A stretch of 26,016 nucleotides of DNA from Candidatus Sumerlaeia bacterium (lineage in GTDB: Bacteria; Sumerlaeota; Sumerlaeia; SLMS01), in contig JBBQYG010000047.1 in NCBI GenBank assembly GCA_038208905.1, positions 1-26,016 of the forward strand, written 5' to 3'. Positions 25,416 to 26,016 of this stretch are shown here, in pieces. How positions within the stretch are numbered: the first letter of the stretch is position 1; every line of letters begins with the position of its first letter. The notes below the pieces were generated by a model that was given only the letters and a program-made list of their open reading frames with translations, did no database searches and had not been told where the DNA came from. The position numbers and the translations under genes were made by a program.

Positions 25416-26016
25416 ATGGACATTCGTACCGTCGTTGGATTGTTGCTCGTCTTCGCCGTCTTGGTCCGTGGCTGCCCCGCCCAGGATTCCCCCAGCATCG
25501 CTGAAGAGCGAATAGGTGGCTTCGTAGATGCTCTGGGGGAGTACTTCGTGACCAGCGATGGAGCGGCGATCGATCAAGCCGCGGAAAAGTTTGGTATCAC
25601 CCTCAATCATTGGGATAAGGCATCGAAGTTCGCTGCTGGGCTGCAGAGTCTGACTCCGCAACTAAACTGGAAGGAGTACTCGGCGGAAGACTCTCGCTTA
25701 ACAGCGTCGCGGTTTGACGAGTTGTCGCTAGATCAAACTGTCCCCCCAATGCAGCAATTCTTCGCAACAATTCCACCTCAGGCACCTTGCTACACGGTCA
25801 CGATCACCGGAATCCCAGAAGGCTCCAGCAGTGACCCGTTCACTGCGATTTTCCACATCATTTCAAGGGGCGAGGAGCTGTACCTTCTGGAGAGATTCAC
25901 GACATCTGATTCGTGGTCTGGCGTTGTTCCGCCTGGCGCGAAGTTTCTTCGCGCGGGCGGTTCTGCACCCAACCCGAGCGTTCTACCCGCGGTCGCCGTC
26001 CCGTCGCCCAAGTCAA
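25416..26016 (+). CDS. hypothetical secreted protein, 5' part only (at least 200 aa, runs off the window; absent from the ORF track)
   Basis: GGAGG RBS 5 nt before ATG 25416; the frame is open to the window end. MDIRTVVGLLLVFAVLVRGCPAQDSPSIAEERIGGFVDALGEYF... has a signal-peptide-like N-terminus. Confidence 0.75.
   Translation, partial: MDIRTVVGLLLVFAVLVRGCPAQDSPSIAEERIGGFVDALGEYFVTSDGAAIDQAAEKFGITLNHWDKASKFAAGLQSLTPQLNWKEYSAEDSRLTASRFDELSLDQTVPPMQQFFATIPPQAPCYTVTITGIPEGSSSDPFTAIFHIISRGEELYLLERFTTSDSWSGVVPPGAKFLRAGGSAPNPSVLPAVAVPSPKS

Noticed and set aside
25058..26011. Short - strand ORFs read as a frameshifted pseudogene
   Set aside because: Better explained by the uninterrupted + strand frame from 25416 with RBS and signal peptide, plus intergenic DNA.

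Overview
GC-rich bacterial chromosomal window of mostly housekeeping and envelope genes. No rRNA, tRNA, CRISPR array or transposase was seen. In order: the 3' end of a hypothetical gene; a small ORF coupled to folC (-); a membrane protein with a Tyr/Asp/Pro-rich N-terminus, rlmN and a Zn-ribbon class I methyltransferase (+); a ~200-bp REP/MITE-like inverted-repeat element; cstA (-); an AbrB-like antitoxin with a broken putative toxin partner; a minus-strand run of PHP hydrolase, GT-C glycosyltransferase, MlaF-like ATPase and Uup-like ABC-F; a membrane-anchored hypothetical; trpF and a metallophosphoesterase; a 1336-aa Ser/Thr kinase-TM-WD40-CBM20-like receptor converging on a GMC oxidoreductase with a glucan-binding-like N-terminal module; a stand-alone pilC; and a secreted-protein gene missed by the ORF track that runs off the right edge. 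The best leads are the kinase/GMC pair, the decayed toxin-antitoxin locus and the 9-bp-periodic inverted-repeat element. All family calls come from reading motifs by eye; no database search was run.
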